64,000 nucleotides of DNA from a virus. The stretch is from IMG/VR virus record IMGVR_UViG_3300025401_000016, positions 36,828 to 100,827 of that record. The stretch is one strand, 5' to 3'. The notes under the pieces were generated by a model. It saw only the letters and a program-made list of their open reading frames with translations, was not told where the DNA came from and searched no databases. Numbering within the stretch: position 1 is the first letter of the stretch; each line of letters begins with the position of its first letter. The position numbers and the translations under genes were made by a program. Positions 30,870 through 40,049 of this stretch are shown piece after piece.

Positions 30870-31316
30870 ATGGAATTTGAAGTCATCACCAGAAGTAAGT
30901 ATAAAGATGCGATTGAAAAGTCAGCCAAATTTTATGCTAAAAAATTAAACATTTCAAAAAGTAACTATAAAGTAGTCATTTATACTGATCCTGGCATTAA
31001 GTCAGAAGGTGCAAATGGTTTTGCTTTAAAAACAGGAAAAAACTCGGCACAGTTAGGATTGTATAGTAGATTGCCAATACTACAAATGTTATTGACATTG
31101 GCACATGAAATGGTGCACATTAAACAATTTGTTCGCGGTCACTATAAAAGTGAAAAATCACGCAACGGTAAATTCAAAAAGTTTTGGTTAGGTGAGCAAG
31201 TACTTGCAAAGTATGAAAAACAACCTTGGGAAGTTGAAGCCTATAAAAAACAAGGTATTTTACTTGATTGTTTATTAACAACAATTTCCCGAAAAATCAA
31301 AAGAAGTCAAAAGTAA
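30870..31316 (+). CDS. Putative zinc metallopeptidase-like protein
   Basis: TLAHEMVHIKQ (HExxH) and PWEVEAY. Confidence 0.7.
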   Translation: MEFEVITRSKYKDAIEKSAKFYAKKLNISKSNYKVVIYTDPGIKSEGANGFALKTGKNSAQLGLYSRLPILQMLLTLAHEMVHIKQFVRGHYKSEKSRNGKFKKFWLGEQVLAKYEKQPWEVEAYKKQGILLDCLLTTISRKIKRSQK

Positions 31317-31317
31317 T

Positions 31318-31346
31318 TTGACAGTAATTCAATTCTCATATATAAT
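31318..31346 (+). promoter_or_regulatory. Early sigma70-type promoter
   Basis: TTGACA-N17-TATAAT. Confidence 0.8.
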
Positions 31347-31387
31347 TCATTTATCAATTTCAAAACGCCATAACAAAGGAGCACACA

Positions 31388-32488
31388 ATGGCAGCTACTC
31401 TCTCAGACAATCACACAATCACAAGTGTACAAACTCGCAAAGCAATTTTGCAAGCATTTAAAACTAAACGACCTGTTTTTCTCTGGGGCCCTCCCGGCAT
31501 CGGTAAATCAGAAGTTGTTGCAGATATTGCACAGGAAATCGGTGGTCATGTAATTGACTTGCGTATGGCACAAATGGAGCCTACTGATATTCGTGGTATC
31601 CCATTCTTTAACAAAGATATCAACAAGATGGACTGGGCTCCCCCAGTAGACTTACCCGATGAAGAACTTGCTAGTCAATTCCCTACTGTTGTTCTTTTCT
31701 TAGATGAAATGAATTCAGCACCTCCTGCGGTACAAGCGGCAGGTTATCAATTGATTCTTAATCGTAGAGTTGGTAAGTACAAACTACCCGACAATGTTGT
31801 GATTGTTGCGGCAGGTAATCGTGATAGCGACAAAGGTGTTACATATCGTATGCCGATGCCCCTTGCTAATCGTTTCATTCACTTAGAAATGCGCCCTGAC
31901 TTTACATCATGGCAGACATGGGCCGTGAATAAAAACATTCACAAGGACGTCGTTGGTTACTTGTCATTTGCTAAAAATGATTTGTATGATTTTGATAGCA
32001 AATCAAGTAGTCGTGCATTTGCAACACCCCGTAGTTGGTGTTTTGTTAGTGACTTGTTGAATGATGAAGATATTGATAGTGATACTCAATTCAACTTGGT
32101 AGCAGGTGCAGTTGGTGAGGGTCTTGCAGTTAAGTTTATGGCTCACCGCAAAATCGCAGGTAAGATGCCCGAGCCAACAGAAATTCTAAATGGCAAAGTA
32201 AAAGACTTGGCTATCAAAGAAATTAGTGCTATGTATGCATTAACTATTGCTATGTGCTATGAGTTGAAAGATGCAATTGACAATAAGAAAATTACATCAA
32301 AAGAGTTTCATGGTATGGCAGAAAACTTCTTTACATACATGATGAACAACTTTGAAACAGAGTTGGTTGTTATGGGTGCTAAGATTGCATTGAAGACTTA
32401 CAAACTTCCAATTGAACCAACTCAATTAAAGAACTTTGATGAGTTTCATAAGAAGTATGGTAAGTACATTGTGGAAGCAGGTCAGTAA
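31388..32488 (+). CDS. MoxR-like AAA+ ATPase
   Basis: Walker A GPPGIGKS, Walker B LFLDEMN, AAGN, LANRF, TPRSW. Confidence 0.85.
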   Translation: MAATLSDNHTITSVQTRKAILQAFKTKRPVFLWGPPGIGKSEVVADIAQEIGGHVIDLRMAQMEPTDIRGIPFFNKDINKMDWAPPVDLPDEELASQFPTVVLFLDEMNSAPPAVQAAGYQLILNRRVGKYKLPDNVVIVAAGNRDSDKGVTYRMPMPLANRFIHLEMRPDFTSWQTWAVNKNIHKDVVGYLSFAKNDLYDFDSKSSSRAFATPRSWCFVSDLLNDEDIDSDTQFNLVAGAVGEGLAVKFMAHRKIAGKMPEPTEILNGKVKDLAIKEISAMYALTIAMCYELKDAIDNKKITSKEFHGMAENFFTYMMNNFETELVVMGAKIALKTYKLPIEPTQLKNFDEFHKKYGKYIVEAGQ

Positions 32489-32523
32489 TTTTTCATAAGC
32501 TCCAAGTACGAAAGTACTTTTAT

Positions 32524-32553
32524 GGTGAGGGTAGAAATACTCTCACCTTTTTT
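32524..32553 (+). terminator. Intrinsic terminator
   Basis: GGTGAGGGTA-GAAA-TACTCTCACC-TTTTTT. Confidence 0.8.
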
Positions 32554-32567
32554 AAAAAGGATTTAAT

Positions 32568-32717
32568 ATGTCAGGTAAGAAATATTTTTATGCAGTGGGT
32601 CAACGTGCAAGAGCAAAAGGTATGAGCAAAATTCAAGCTGAAGAATTCTATATTACCAGTGCACCACCCTACGCACGTATTGCATTTGATAGGGGTTTCA
32701 GGGGTATGGGAATTTGA
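32568..32717 (+). CDS. 49-aa basic hypothetical protein (not in ORF track)
   Basis: AAGGA SD; MSGKKYFYAVGQRARAKG...FDRGFRGMGI*. Confidence 0.6.
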   Translation: MSGKKYFYAVGQRARAKGMSKIQAEEFYITSAPPYARIAFDRGFRGMGI

Positions 32718-32742
32718 CATTAAATACAAAATATGTTATAAT
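32714..32742 (+). promoter_or_regulatory. Early sigma70-type promoter
   Basis: TTGACA-N17-TATAAT. Confidence 0.8.
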
Positions 32743-32765
32743 ATGTCTATTAACAAGGAGAAACT

Positions 32766-34037
32766 ATGAGCGAAGTACTTAATCCCAGTAAGAAAAAATC
32801 AAGTAAGTTTGATGACTTAGTAGGTCCTATGGATCCTAAGATTGATCACCAAGCACGTGAATTGCTCATAGGTGCTAGAATTGGTTTGTTGTTGAGACAT
32901 AGTTTTTTCGGTAACTTAGCAACAAGGCTTAAACTTGTAAATGCTGATGAATGGTGTTCAACTGCCGCAACTGATGGCCGTACATTTTATTATAATAGTC
33001 GTTTCATTAAAATGTTGAAACCTAAAGAAGTTGAATTCTTAGTAGGTCATGAAGTGTTGCACGTAGTATATGATCACATTGGTCGTAGAAATACACGTGA
33101 TCCTCAGATATGGAATATTGCTGATGACTATGCAGTTAACGCTGATTTGAAAAGACACAAAGTAGGTCAATTCATTACCACTGTACCTTGTTTGTATGAA
33201 CAAAAATATGATGGTCTACCAGCTGAAGAAATCTATGATGACTTGATGAAGAATGTCAAGAAAATTAATATTGATGATTTGGTTGAGCAATTGTTAGATG
33301 ATCATATGGATGGTGAAGAAGGTGAGAGCGATGGTGACGGTGAAAGTAAAAGTAAAAGACCTAAACTAAGTCCTGAAGAAAAAGAACGTATTCGCCAAGA
33401 AGTTAAACAAGCAATTATCAATGCCGCACAAAGTGCAGAGGCAGGCTCACTGCCGAAAGGTGTTGAACGTTTGATTAAGCAACACGTTAACCCTGTAATG
33501 CCTTGGCGTGAACTATTGCAAACTAATTTGACTAGTGCTATTCGCACAGATTACTCTTGGATGAGACCTAGTCGTAGAAGTTGGCACATGGATGCTATCA
33601 TGCCCGGCATGACACCCGGTGAAGAAATTGATGTTACTATTGCAATTGACATGAGTGGCTCAATTAGTGATAAACAAGCACAACAATTCTTGGGTGAAAT
33701 CTCAGGTATGATGAGTGCATTTGATGGCTACAAAGTGCATGTGTTCTGTTTTGACACTTCAATTTATAATCCAGCAGACTACACAAGTGAGAATATGGAC
33801 ACAATCGAAGAATATCAACCACAAGGTGGAGGTGGTACTGATTTTGATTGTATCTTTGATTACTTAAAGAAAGAGGCAATTGAGCCTAAACGTTTGATTG
33901 TTTTTACTGATGGCTATCCTTTTGGTAGTTGGGGTGATGCAAACTTCTGTGATACTACATGGATTATTCATGGTGACAAAGATCCCCATCCCCCTTTCGG
34001 TACATGGGCGATCTATGATGAGGTACAAGGGAGCTAA
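32766..34037 (+). CDS. Metallopeptidase-like + VWA-like domain protein (DUF2201 type)
   Basis: TAATDG, HEVLH; MIDAS elements IDMSGS, GGGGTDF, VFTDG. Confidence 0.85.
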   Translation: MSEVLNPSKKKSSKFDDLVGPMDPKIDHQARELLIGARIGLLLRHSFFGNLATRLKLVNADEWCSTAATDGRTFYYNSRFIKMLKPKEVEFLVGHEVLHVVYDHIGRRNTRDPQIWNIADDYAVNADLKRHKVGQFITTVPCLYEQKYDGLPAEEIYDDLMKNVKKINIDDLVEQLLDDHMDGEEGESDGDGESKSKRPKLSPEEKERIRQEVKQAIINAAQSAEAGSLPKGVERLIKQHVNPVMPWRELLQTNLTSAIRTDYSWMRPSRRSWHMDAIMPGMTPGEEIDVTIAIDMSGSISDKQAQQFLGEISGMMSAFDGYKVHVFCFDTSIYNPADYTSENMDTIEEYQPQGGGGTDFDCIFDYLKKEAIEPKRLIVFTDGYPFGSWGDANFCDTTWIIHGDKDPHPPFGTWAIYDEVQGS

Positions 34038-34040
34038 ATC

Positions 34041-34151
34041 GTGCTAACATTTGTAATAGAATGTTTTGTAGGTTTAGTAGCGATAGTCATTGTCTTAAAG
34101 ATAATGGCTATCTTTATTGATTCAAACATAGATGATGATAAAAAATATTGA
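34041..34151 (+). CDS. 36-aa membrane peptide (not in ORF track)
   Basis: GGGAG SD, GTG start, single hydrophobic helix. Confidence 0.4.
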   Translation: MLTFVIECFVGLVAIVIVLKIMAIFIDSNIDDDKKY

Positions 34152-34377
34152 GGAGATCATCATCTATGAATCACCTGATGGTGGCAAAACAGTATACTCA
34201 CGTAAGGTAGGCTCAACAGAAAGAATGACAGTTATAGAAGATCCTGAAAAACCACACTATGATCGTTGGTACTTATGGAAACAAATTTTGTTAGAGTGTG
34301 AAACAAATACGGCATTAGCGGATATAGTAAAACAGGCAGAAATGGTATATCAAATAGTTAAGGATGAGGAATGTTAA
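34132..34377 (+). CDS. Hypothetical phage protein
   Basis: IYESPDGGKTVYSR motif. Confidence 0.65.
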   Translation: MMIKNIEEIIIYESPDGGKTVYSRKVGSTERMTVIEDPEKPHYDRWYLWKQILLECETNTALADIVKQAEMVYQIVKDEEC

Positions 34378-34760
34378 TTGGCACAAGTTTGCGCAGGTGT
34401 TTAAATTCTTTGATGAATAAAGAAGTTAAAGAAGAGGATGTTGTGTGCATTATTACATCCACTATGTCAGACGATTTTGACAAATACATTAAAATTGTAG
34501 AGGCATACTATATGATGGGTGATATATCAGTTGACTTTGATTGTGAAGAATTTTCACATGAAGATGTATTAAAAATGGCTGAGACTTTATACAAAAATGG
34601 CAAGATACATCAGCCTAGAAACTATAGTGGTAATCCATATGTACACCCTATTTTTAGAAATCAAATTTGGTTAGATATTGTACCTACAAATCAAAACTCT
34701 AATCCTATTGTAGCTGAGGCATATAGTAAGTATAAAATGTTGGATGCACTTACAAGATGA
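34371..34760 (+). CDS. Hypothetical protein
   Basis: Coupled ORF, GAGG SD. Confidence 0.65.
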   Translation: MLIGTSLRRCLNSLMNKEVKEEDVVCIITSTMSDDFDKYIKIVEAYYMMGDISVDFDCEEFSHEDVLKMAETLYKNGKIHQPRNYSGNPYVHPIFRNQIWLDIVPTNQNSNPIVAEAYSKYKMLDALTR

Positions 34761-35020
34761 TTGATATTAATCCTATAGCTTGGTTTGGTAATCGTGAGGT
34801 ACTGCATTTACCACCTCACTTTATAAAAACAAGTGCAACTCTTACTGAAGAAAAACACATGTGGGTATTAAGTAAATTATCAGGTAGATATTGTATTAGC
34901 AATATTGCGTATGATGACTTGTCTCAATCGATATTTGCTTTCCCTGATATGAAAAATATTATATTTTTTGAAGACCCAAAAGAAGCAATGATATACGAAT
35001 TGCGTTGGGGCGGAAGTTAA
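34757..35020 (+). CDS. Small protein of the C-terminal 'F..E.D...F.L.W' paralog family
   Basis: Ends IFFEDPKEAMIYELRW. Confidence 0.65.
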   Translation: MIDINPIAWFGNREVLHLPPHFIKTSATLTEEKHMWVLSKLSGRYCISNIAYDDLSQSIFAFPDMKNIIFFEDPKEAMIYELRWGGS

Positions 35021-35085
35021 TAATTTTTTTGGTAACCAACAATAGTATTAAATATATTGAGCTGTAAAAGCATAAGGAGAATTTT

Positions 35086-35760
35086 ATGAGTTTTTTAAGA
35101 CACGTTGGAAAAATAGGTGATCGCAAAGTAGCTATCGTCTTTAGAGAAGTGCCAAATGAATCACATATGTGTTTAGTTGTATATACCGAAACATTGAATG
35201 CACATATACACGATGCATTGATAAGATGTATTGAGAGTGATATTGGTCAAAATAGTGAGAATCTAGCTGATGCATTGAATCGCAGTTACACTAAGGATGG
35301 TAAAATTATTTTGCAAATTTTACATGCTGAAGGTTTGTTAAAGAAAACCCAAACAAGCCAAGTTACTGTAACACCAAGTCCTACTACTAAAATTAAGCTT
35401 GACGAATTGAACAAAATTTTAAATGAAATGCAACAAGGTGAGCAAGCAGTAAAAAGAATGGCTGAAATTAATAATACAGTCGGTGAGCAAGATGTAGATA
35501 TTGCTAAACAGATTAGAAATAATACACCTACTCCTCCTGTATCTAATGCTCCTGCAGGTGTATTAGGTGATGATACATTGGCAAATAATTTGAAACAACA
35601 AGCAATAAAAATGGAATTAGAGGCTAAGGGTTTACTAGCAGAAAGTCAAAGACTTAGGGATCAGGCTAATGAAATGTTAGGTGTAGCTACACCTGCACCG
35701 TCTATATTACCAACTGCTAAAAAGCGTGGTCGCCCTGCAAAGGCAACAATTACAAATTAA
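35086..35760 (+). CDS. Hypothetical protein with basic C-terminal KRGRP (AT-hook-like) motif
   Basis: AAGGAG SD; coiled coil; KKRGRPAK. Confidence 0.7.
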   Translation: MSFLRHVGKIGDRKVAIVFREVPNESHMCLVVYTETLNAHIHDALIRCIESDIGQNSENLADALNRSYTKDGKIILQILHAEGLLKKTQTSQVTVTPSPTTKIKLDELNKILNEMQQGEQAVKRMAEINNTVGEQDVDIAKQIRNNTPTPPVSNAPAGVLGDDTLANNLKQQAIKMELEAKGLLAESQRLRDQANEMLGVATPAPSILPTAKKRGRPAKATITN

Positions 35761-35770
35761 ACAAAAATAA

Positions 35771-36067
35771 ATGTCTCCAGAATACCTAAGCAAATGGGAA
35801 CACATACTTGAAGATGTAGAAAAAAGTAGAGTTCCTGTACAATTTATTAAAAAGATTGTGGTAAGAATGATTGGTAAAAAACAACATACCATCAATATAC
35901 AATCTTTATTAAAACAAGGACTAGATCCTGAAGAAGTAGAAGAAGTAGTTAGTCGTAAACTTACTGAACTAGATCCTCTAATTACCAGTTTTGAGTTCAT
36001 ATTGAATGTTGAAAGCATTGCTGAAACGGTACAACCACAGACAGACAAGTTACTAAACAATTTATGA
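35771..36067 (+). CDS. Hypothetical protein
   Basis: 98-aa ORF coupled to thymidylate synthase. Confidence 0.65.
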   Translation: MSPEYLSKWEHILEDVEKSRVPVQFIKKIVVRMIGKKQHTINIQSLLKQGLDPEEVEEVVSRKLTELDPLITSFEFILNVESIAETVQPQTDKLLNNL

Positions 36068-36975
36068 AACAATATTTAGATTTACTTCAGGATATTTTAG
36101 ACAACGGGGAGATTAGAGATGATCGAACCGGAATAGGAACACTCTCTGTATTTGGAAGACAACTAAGATTTGATCTAAGAAAAGGCTTCCCAGCAGTCAC
36201 AACAAAAAAGTTAGCATGGAAGGCCGTGGTAGGAGAATTGTTGTGGTTCATCGAGGGTTCAGGTGATGAGCGTAGGCTTGCAGAAATTACACATGGGTCA
36301 AAAGATGGTACAACTACAATTTGGACACCTAATGCATTAGCAAGTTACTGGAAACCTAAAGCAAAATTTGAGGGTGACTTGGGTCGTGTATATGGTGTAC
36401 AATGGAGACATTGGCGTAGCCCTGTACTACACAAAGGCGAATATTATGTTGATGAATTTGGCAATCAATATAATCGTCAAGGTACCTTACATATCAATGA
36501 AGTTGACCAAATCAAAAACTTGATTGAAGGTATCAAAAAAGATCCTAATGGTCGTAGACATATTCTTAATGCATGGAATGCGGGTGAGTTAGATCAAATG
36601 GCACTGCCTCCCTGTCACGTTATGTGCCAATTCTATGTGAATAGTAATAAAGAGTTAAGCTGCCACATGTACCAACGAAGTCAGGATGTATATTTGGGGG
36701 CTCCGTTTAACTATGCAAGTTATGCATTGTTAACTCATATGATTGCCCAAGTGTGCAACTTAGGTGTAGGAGAATTAATTATTAGTACAGGTGATACGCA
36801 TATCTATAAAAATCATCTAACTCAAGTAAAAGAGCAATTATCTAGAGATCCTTTACCATTGCCAAAACTTTGGTTGAATCCTGATATTATAGATATTGAC
36901 AAATTCACAATAGATGATATTCGACTCGAAAACTACCAAAGTCATGGTGCTTTGCCTGCACCAATGGCGGTTTAA
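36064..36975 (+). CDS. thyA: Thymidylate synthase (ThyA type)
   Basis: DRTGIGT, ELLWFI, MALPPCH, YQRSQD..LGAPFN, GDTHIY. Confidence 0.97.
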   Translation: MKQYLDLLQDILDNGEIRDDRTGIGTLSVFGRQLRFDLRKGFPAVTTKKLAWKAVVGELLWFIEGSGDERRLAEITHGSKDGTTTIWTPNALASYWKPKAKFEGDLGRVYGVQWRHWRSPVLHKGEYYVDEFGNQYNRQGTLHINEVDQIKNLIEGIKKDPNGRRHILNAWNAGELDQMALPPCHVMCQFYVNSNKELSCHMYQRSQDVYLGAPFNYASYALLTHMIAQVCNLGVGELIISTGDTHIYKNHLTQVKEQLSRDPLPLPKLWLNPDIIDIDKFTIDDIRLENYQSHGALPAPMAV

Positions 36976-37039
36976 TATTAAAAGGAATACTTCCTACAAA
37001 AAGTGTTTTTAAAAATCATTTGATTAAACAGGTAGATAA

Positions 37040-37285
37040 ATGACAGAAGCTACAATCAAATACAAAGTCCATAGTATACTTATGGGCGATGTAGATGATC
37101 CGGACTTACTGGTAGCAGACCCTATCTATAAATGGCAACAAACAGATGCAGGGAAATGGGTTATGGAAAATTCTATCACAGAACCCATGTGGACAAGGAA
37201 TCCGGGATATTGGGGTCATAATTATATTATATACGCATATTTTACATCCCAACAACTCATTTACTACAAATTAAAATTTGAATAA
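37040..37285 (+). CDS. Small hypothetical protein, possible divergent paralog-family member
   Basis: Ends AYFTSQQLIYYKLKFE. Confidence 0.6.
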   Translation: MTEATIKYKVHSILMGDVDDPDLLVADPIYKWQQTDAGKWVMENSITEPMWTRNPGYWGHNYIIYAYFTSQQLIYYKLKFE

Positions 37286-37505
37286 ACCAATTGATTTTTA
37301 TCTAAAGTGGATAGCTTTTGCTACTGGATTGTCATTAGTCGTATGCACTAGTTTTGATATTATACCCCTCAATAAGTTTTTAGGACTAATCACCGCAGTT
37401 CTTTGGATGATAATAGGATTCATGTGGGGTGAACCTAGCATGTACCTAGTAAACATTGTTTTCACGGTCATTTACGTAGTAGGAATCATCAAGTACTACA
37501 TGTAA
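37278..37505 (+). CDS. Small multi-pass membrane protein
   Basis: About 3 hydrophobic segments in 75 aa. Confidence 0.6.
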   Translation: MNKPIDFYLKWIAFATGLSLVVCTSFDIIPLNKFLGLITAVLWMIIGFMWGEPSMYLVNIVFTVIYVVGIIKYYM

Positions 37506-37559
37506 TAATAGTGTAATATTATATTCCAATATATCTGTATTTTTATCATAAATAAAGAT

Positions 37560-38015
37560 ATGTGGATCTTACATTTTATACCTGATAGCTTAATACAACT
37601 TGCAATCCAGATCATTTTAGCATCTGGACTTATACTGACAGTTGTAACAACTGTTGGTAAACCATTGCTTAAATTTGCGTATCCTCCTGCTACACAGTTC
37701 CTAGGAATACTTCAATTCTTTTCAGTTTTGATACTAATACTAGGTGTTTTCTTTGAGGGTGGGTATGCTACTGAAATGGAATGGCGTCATAGAGTAGAAG
37801 AAGCACAGGCTAAAGTAGAGGCAGCGGAAGCAAAATCTAAAGAGGCAAGTGCACAAATCAATACAAAAGTAGTGACAAAAACTAAGGTTATACATGATCA
37901 TGGACAGATCGTAAGACAATACATCGACCGTGAAGTTACAAAATATGACAGTCAATGTGTAATTCCTGATGTATTCATCAAAGCACATAACGATTCTGCA
38001 GAGGCTCCAAAATGA
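37560..38015 (+). CDS. Putative inner-membrane spanin-like protein
   Basis: N-terminal TM segments, coiled coil, C-terminal QCVIPDVFIKAHND; lipoprotein gene downstream. Confidence 0.55.
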   Translation: MWILHFIPDSLIQLAIQIILASGLILTVVTTVGKPLLKFAYPPATQFLGILQFFSVLILILGVFFEGGYATEMEWRHRVEEAQAKVEAAEAKSKEASAQINTKVVTKTKVIHDHGQIVRQYIDREVTKYDSQCVIPDVFIKAHNDSAEAPK

Positions 38016-38494
38016 AAATAAAAGAATTGATTTATGAACAATATAGTGAAACTACACTATTAGACATTGTTAGCGACAAACTATACAGAGATACTGTTAT
38101 GGCGCTAAATTCAGGAATTGATATTACCGGAATAGATCAACCTAAAGGTCGCGGCAGACCTAGAAGATGGATTGATGTTTCTTTTGAAAATCTTGCAAAA
38201 CAAGGAAATATCAATCTACAAGACTATGATGCATTATCAATTAATCGTGCTAAGGGTAAGGCATTAGATAGAGTTATTTCATATTTTGCTAGGACTGGTC
38301 CTGAAGCGCAAGCTAAAAAAATGGACACTAGACAGCAAAACAAACTTATAAAAGCACAAGAAGCCAGAAGAAAAGAAGAAGAAGAGGCACGAAGAATTAA
38401 ACAACAAGGTCAACAGTATTTTTCTGATCCTAAAAATAAAATTAGTACTGGCAGTGCTAGACCAACTACTAAACCAACATGGCAAATTGAATGA
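38012..38494 (+). CDS. Hypothetical basic protein with capsid-targeting-like N-terminus
   Basis: Starts MKIKELIYE; sits between the two spanin-like genes. Confidence 0.55.
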   Translation: MKIKELIYEQYSETTLLDIVSDKLYRDTVMALNSGIDITGIDQPKGRGRPRRWIDVSFENLAKQGNINLQDYDALSINRAKGKALDRVISYFARTGPEAQAKKMDTRQQNKLIKAQEARRKEEEEARRIKQQGQQYFSDPKNKISTGSARPTTKPTWQIE

Positions 38495-38763
38495 TGAAAA
38501 AGCTATTAATAATTTCTTCAATACTATTAATGACTGCATGTTCTACTGTTGTACCAGTCACGATGAAATTCCCTGACAGCCCTGGACCTTTAACAATGCA
38601 AAGTTGCCCAAGTTTACAAAAACTAAATGATGGAGCAAAACTTAGCGATGTGTCTAAGACAATCAGCATCAACTATGAAACATACTATGAGTGTTCTGTT
38701 AAAGTTGACGGTTGGATAGAGTGGTATAATACTCAAAAAATCATATTTGAAAGTGTAAAATGA
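38491..38763 (+). CDS. Lipoprotein, putative outer-membrane spanin
   Basis: Lipobox LMTAC, Pro-rich, two further Cys (CPSL, YYEC). Confidence 0.6.
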   Translation: MMKKLLIISSILLMTACSTVVPVTMKFPDSPGPLTMQSCPSLQKLNDGAKLSDVSKTISINYETYYECSVKVDGWIEWYNTQKIIFESVK

Positions 38764-39170
38764 AAAAAGTTTTAATTGTCGCTTTATTAGCATTGTCCGG
38801 ATGTAGCACAGTTAATAACTTGGTTGATGCATATCTAATGAAATATGATCCGGTTGAGTATAAGTTGATAGTAGACATTAGAACTATATCAATGTTGGCA
38901 AAAGACAAGTGTGATGATGTTGAATCTAGCAAAAAGACTGCTAATCGATTAGGTGCATTGTCATTGGAATTGATGCACTTTGCTGAATTTCAACCACACA
39001 ATAAACCAGTCAAAGAAAGTAGTGTAGACTTGAACAACATTGTTCAAGGATTAAAAACACAATACAATTCAGATAAACCAGTTAGCCCAGTATTCTGTAA
39101 AATTAAATTTAAATCAATTGAGGATACTGCTACAAAGATACAACAGATGGAAGGAAGTAAACCAAAATGA
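38760..39170 (+). CDS. Lipoprotein of unknown function
   Basis: Lipobox LSGC. Confidence 0.7.
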   Translation: MKKVLIVALLALSGCSTVNNLVDAYLMKYDPVEYKLIVDIRTISMLAKDKCDDVESSKKTANRLGALSLELMHFAEFQPHNKPVKESSVDLNNIVQGLKTQYNSDKPVSPVFCKIKFKSIEDTATKIQQMEGSKPK

Positions 39171-39424
39171 GTACAATAGATCAATATCAAAATGATTTAG
39201 CTAGTGTTGATAGCAGAAATCCAGATGTTACAGAAGCTGCCGCCCAAGCACATCAATATACAGAAATGTGCAAAGCAGGACAGATTAGTAGAGAAGAATA
39301 TATCCAATTGATTAAAGATATTCAAAGTCAGTTAAATGTTAATGAACACTTAGTTGAGCAACAAAATTTAGTGATAATGAATACTGCAATTAATGGATTA
39401 ATACAAATAGCCAGTTTAGCATAA
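39167..39424 (+). CDS. Hypothetical protein
   Basis: ATGA-coupled 85-aa ORF. Confidence 0.6.
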   Translation: MSTIDQYQNDLASVDSRNPDVTEAAAQAHQYTEMCKAGQISREEYIQLIKDIQSQLNVNEHLVEQQNLVIMNTAINGLIQIASLA

Positions 39425-39446
39425 TAAAAATAATAAGGAGATAAAA

Positions 39447-40037
39447 ATGGCATTATTCGATTCAGTATTGAATTTATTAACAAAACAACCTAAAGATCCA
39501 AACGCGGTTAAACCACCAGTTGGATCACGTAGTGAGCGTGAAGCTAAGTTAAAAGACAAAGCTGGTATGGTTATTAGTGTATTTGCACTAATACTTGCAG
39601 TTAACAGTTGGTATGGTGGTAAATTATCTAGTATCACATTGAATAACACTATTGCAGCTAATGATGTTTGGAGCTTTTACGAAGCAAAGAGTATTAAACA
39701 AACTCTAGCAGAACAGTCATTAGATGATGCTATCTATCGCAAAGATACTAAAAAAATAGAACAACTAGAAGCCAAGATTGCACGATATGAAAGCGATCCA
39801 AAGACCGGCGAAGGTAAGAAAGAATTAATGGCTAAGGCTAAGAAATTAGAAGCCGAGCGTGATTATGCTAAAAAGCAAAGCCCATGGATTGGATTTGCTA
39901 GCACACTATATCAATTGAGTATTGTTGTTCTTTCAGCAAGTATTTTGGCAGTTAGTATGGAAATGTTCTGGGGCAGTTTTTTTGTCGCAGGATTAGGACT
40001 ATTATTATCAGCACAAGGTGTGTTCCTCTGGTTCTAA
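39447..40037 (+). CDS. DUF4337-like membrane protein
   Basis: ANDVWSFYEAKSIKQ motif, coiled coil, three TM segments. Confidence 0.7.
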   Translation: MALFDSVLNLLTKQPKDPNAVKPPVGSRSEREAKLKDKAGMVISVFALILAVNSWYGGKLSSITLNNTIAANDVWSFYEAKSIKQTLAEQSLDDAIYRKDTKKIEQLEAKIARYESDPKTGEGKKELMAKAKKLEAERDYAKKQSPWIGFASTLYQLSIVVLSASILAVSMEMFWGSFFVAGLGLLLSAQGVFLWF

Positions 40038-40049
40038 GGAGCCAGACTT

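Noticed and set aside
36064-36975. Thymidylate synthase homologue as a DNA base-modification enzyme
   Set aside because: Retains the dUMP-specifying Asn (PFN) and canonical ThyA motifs.
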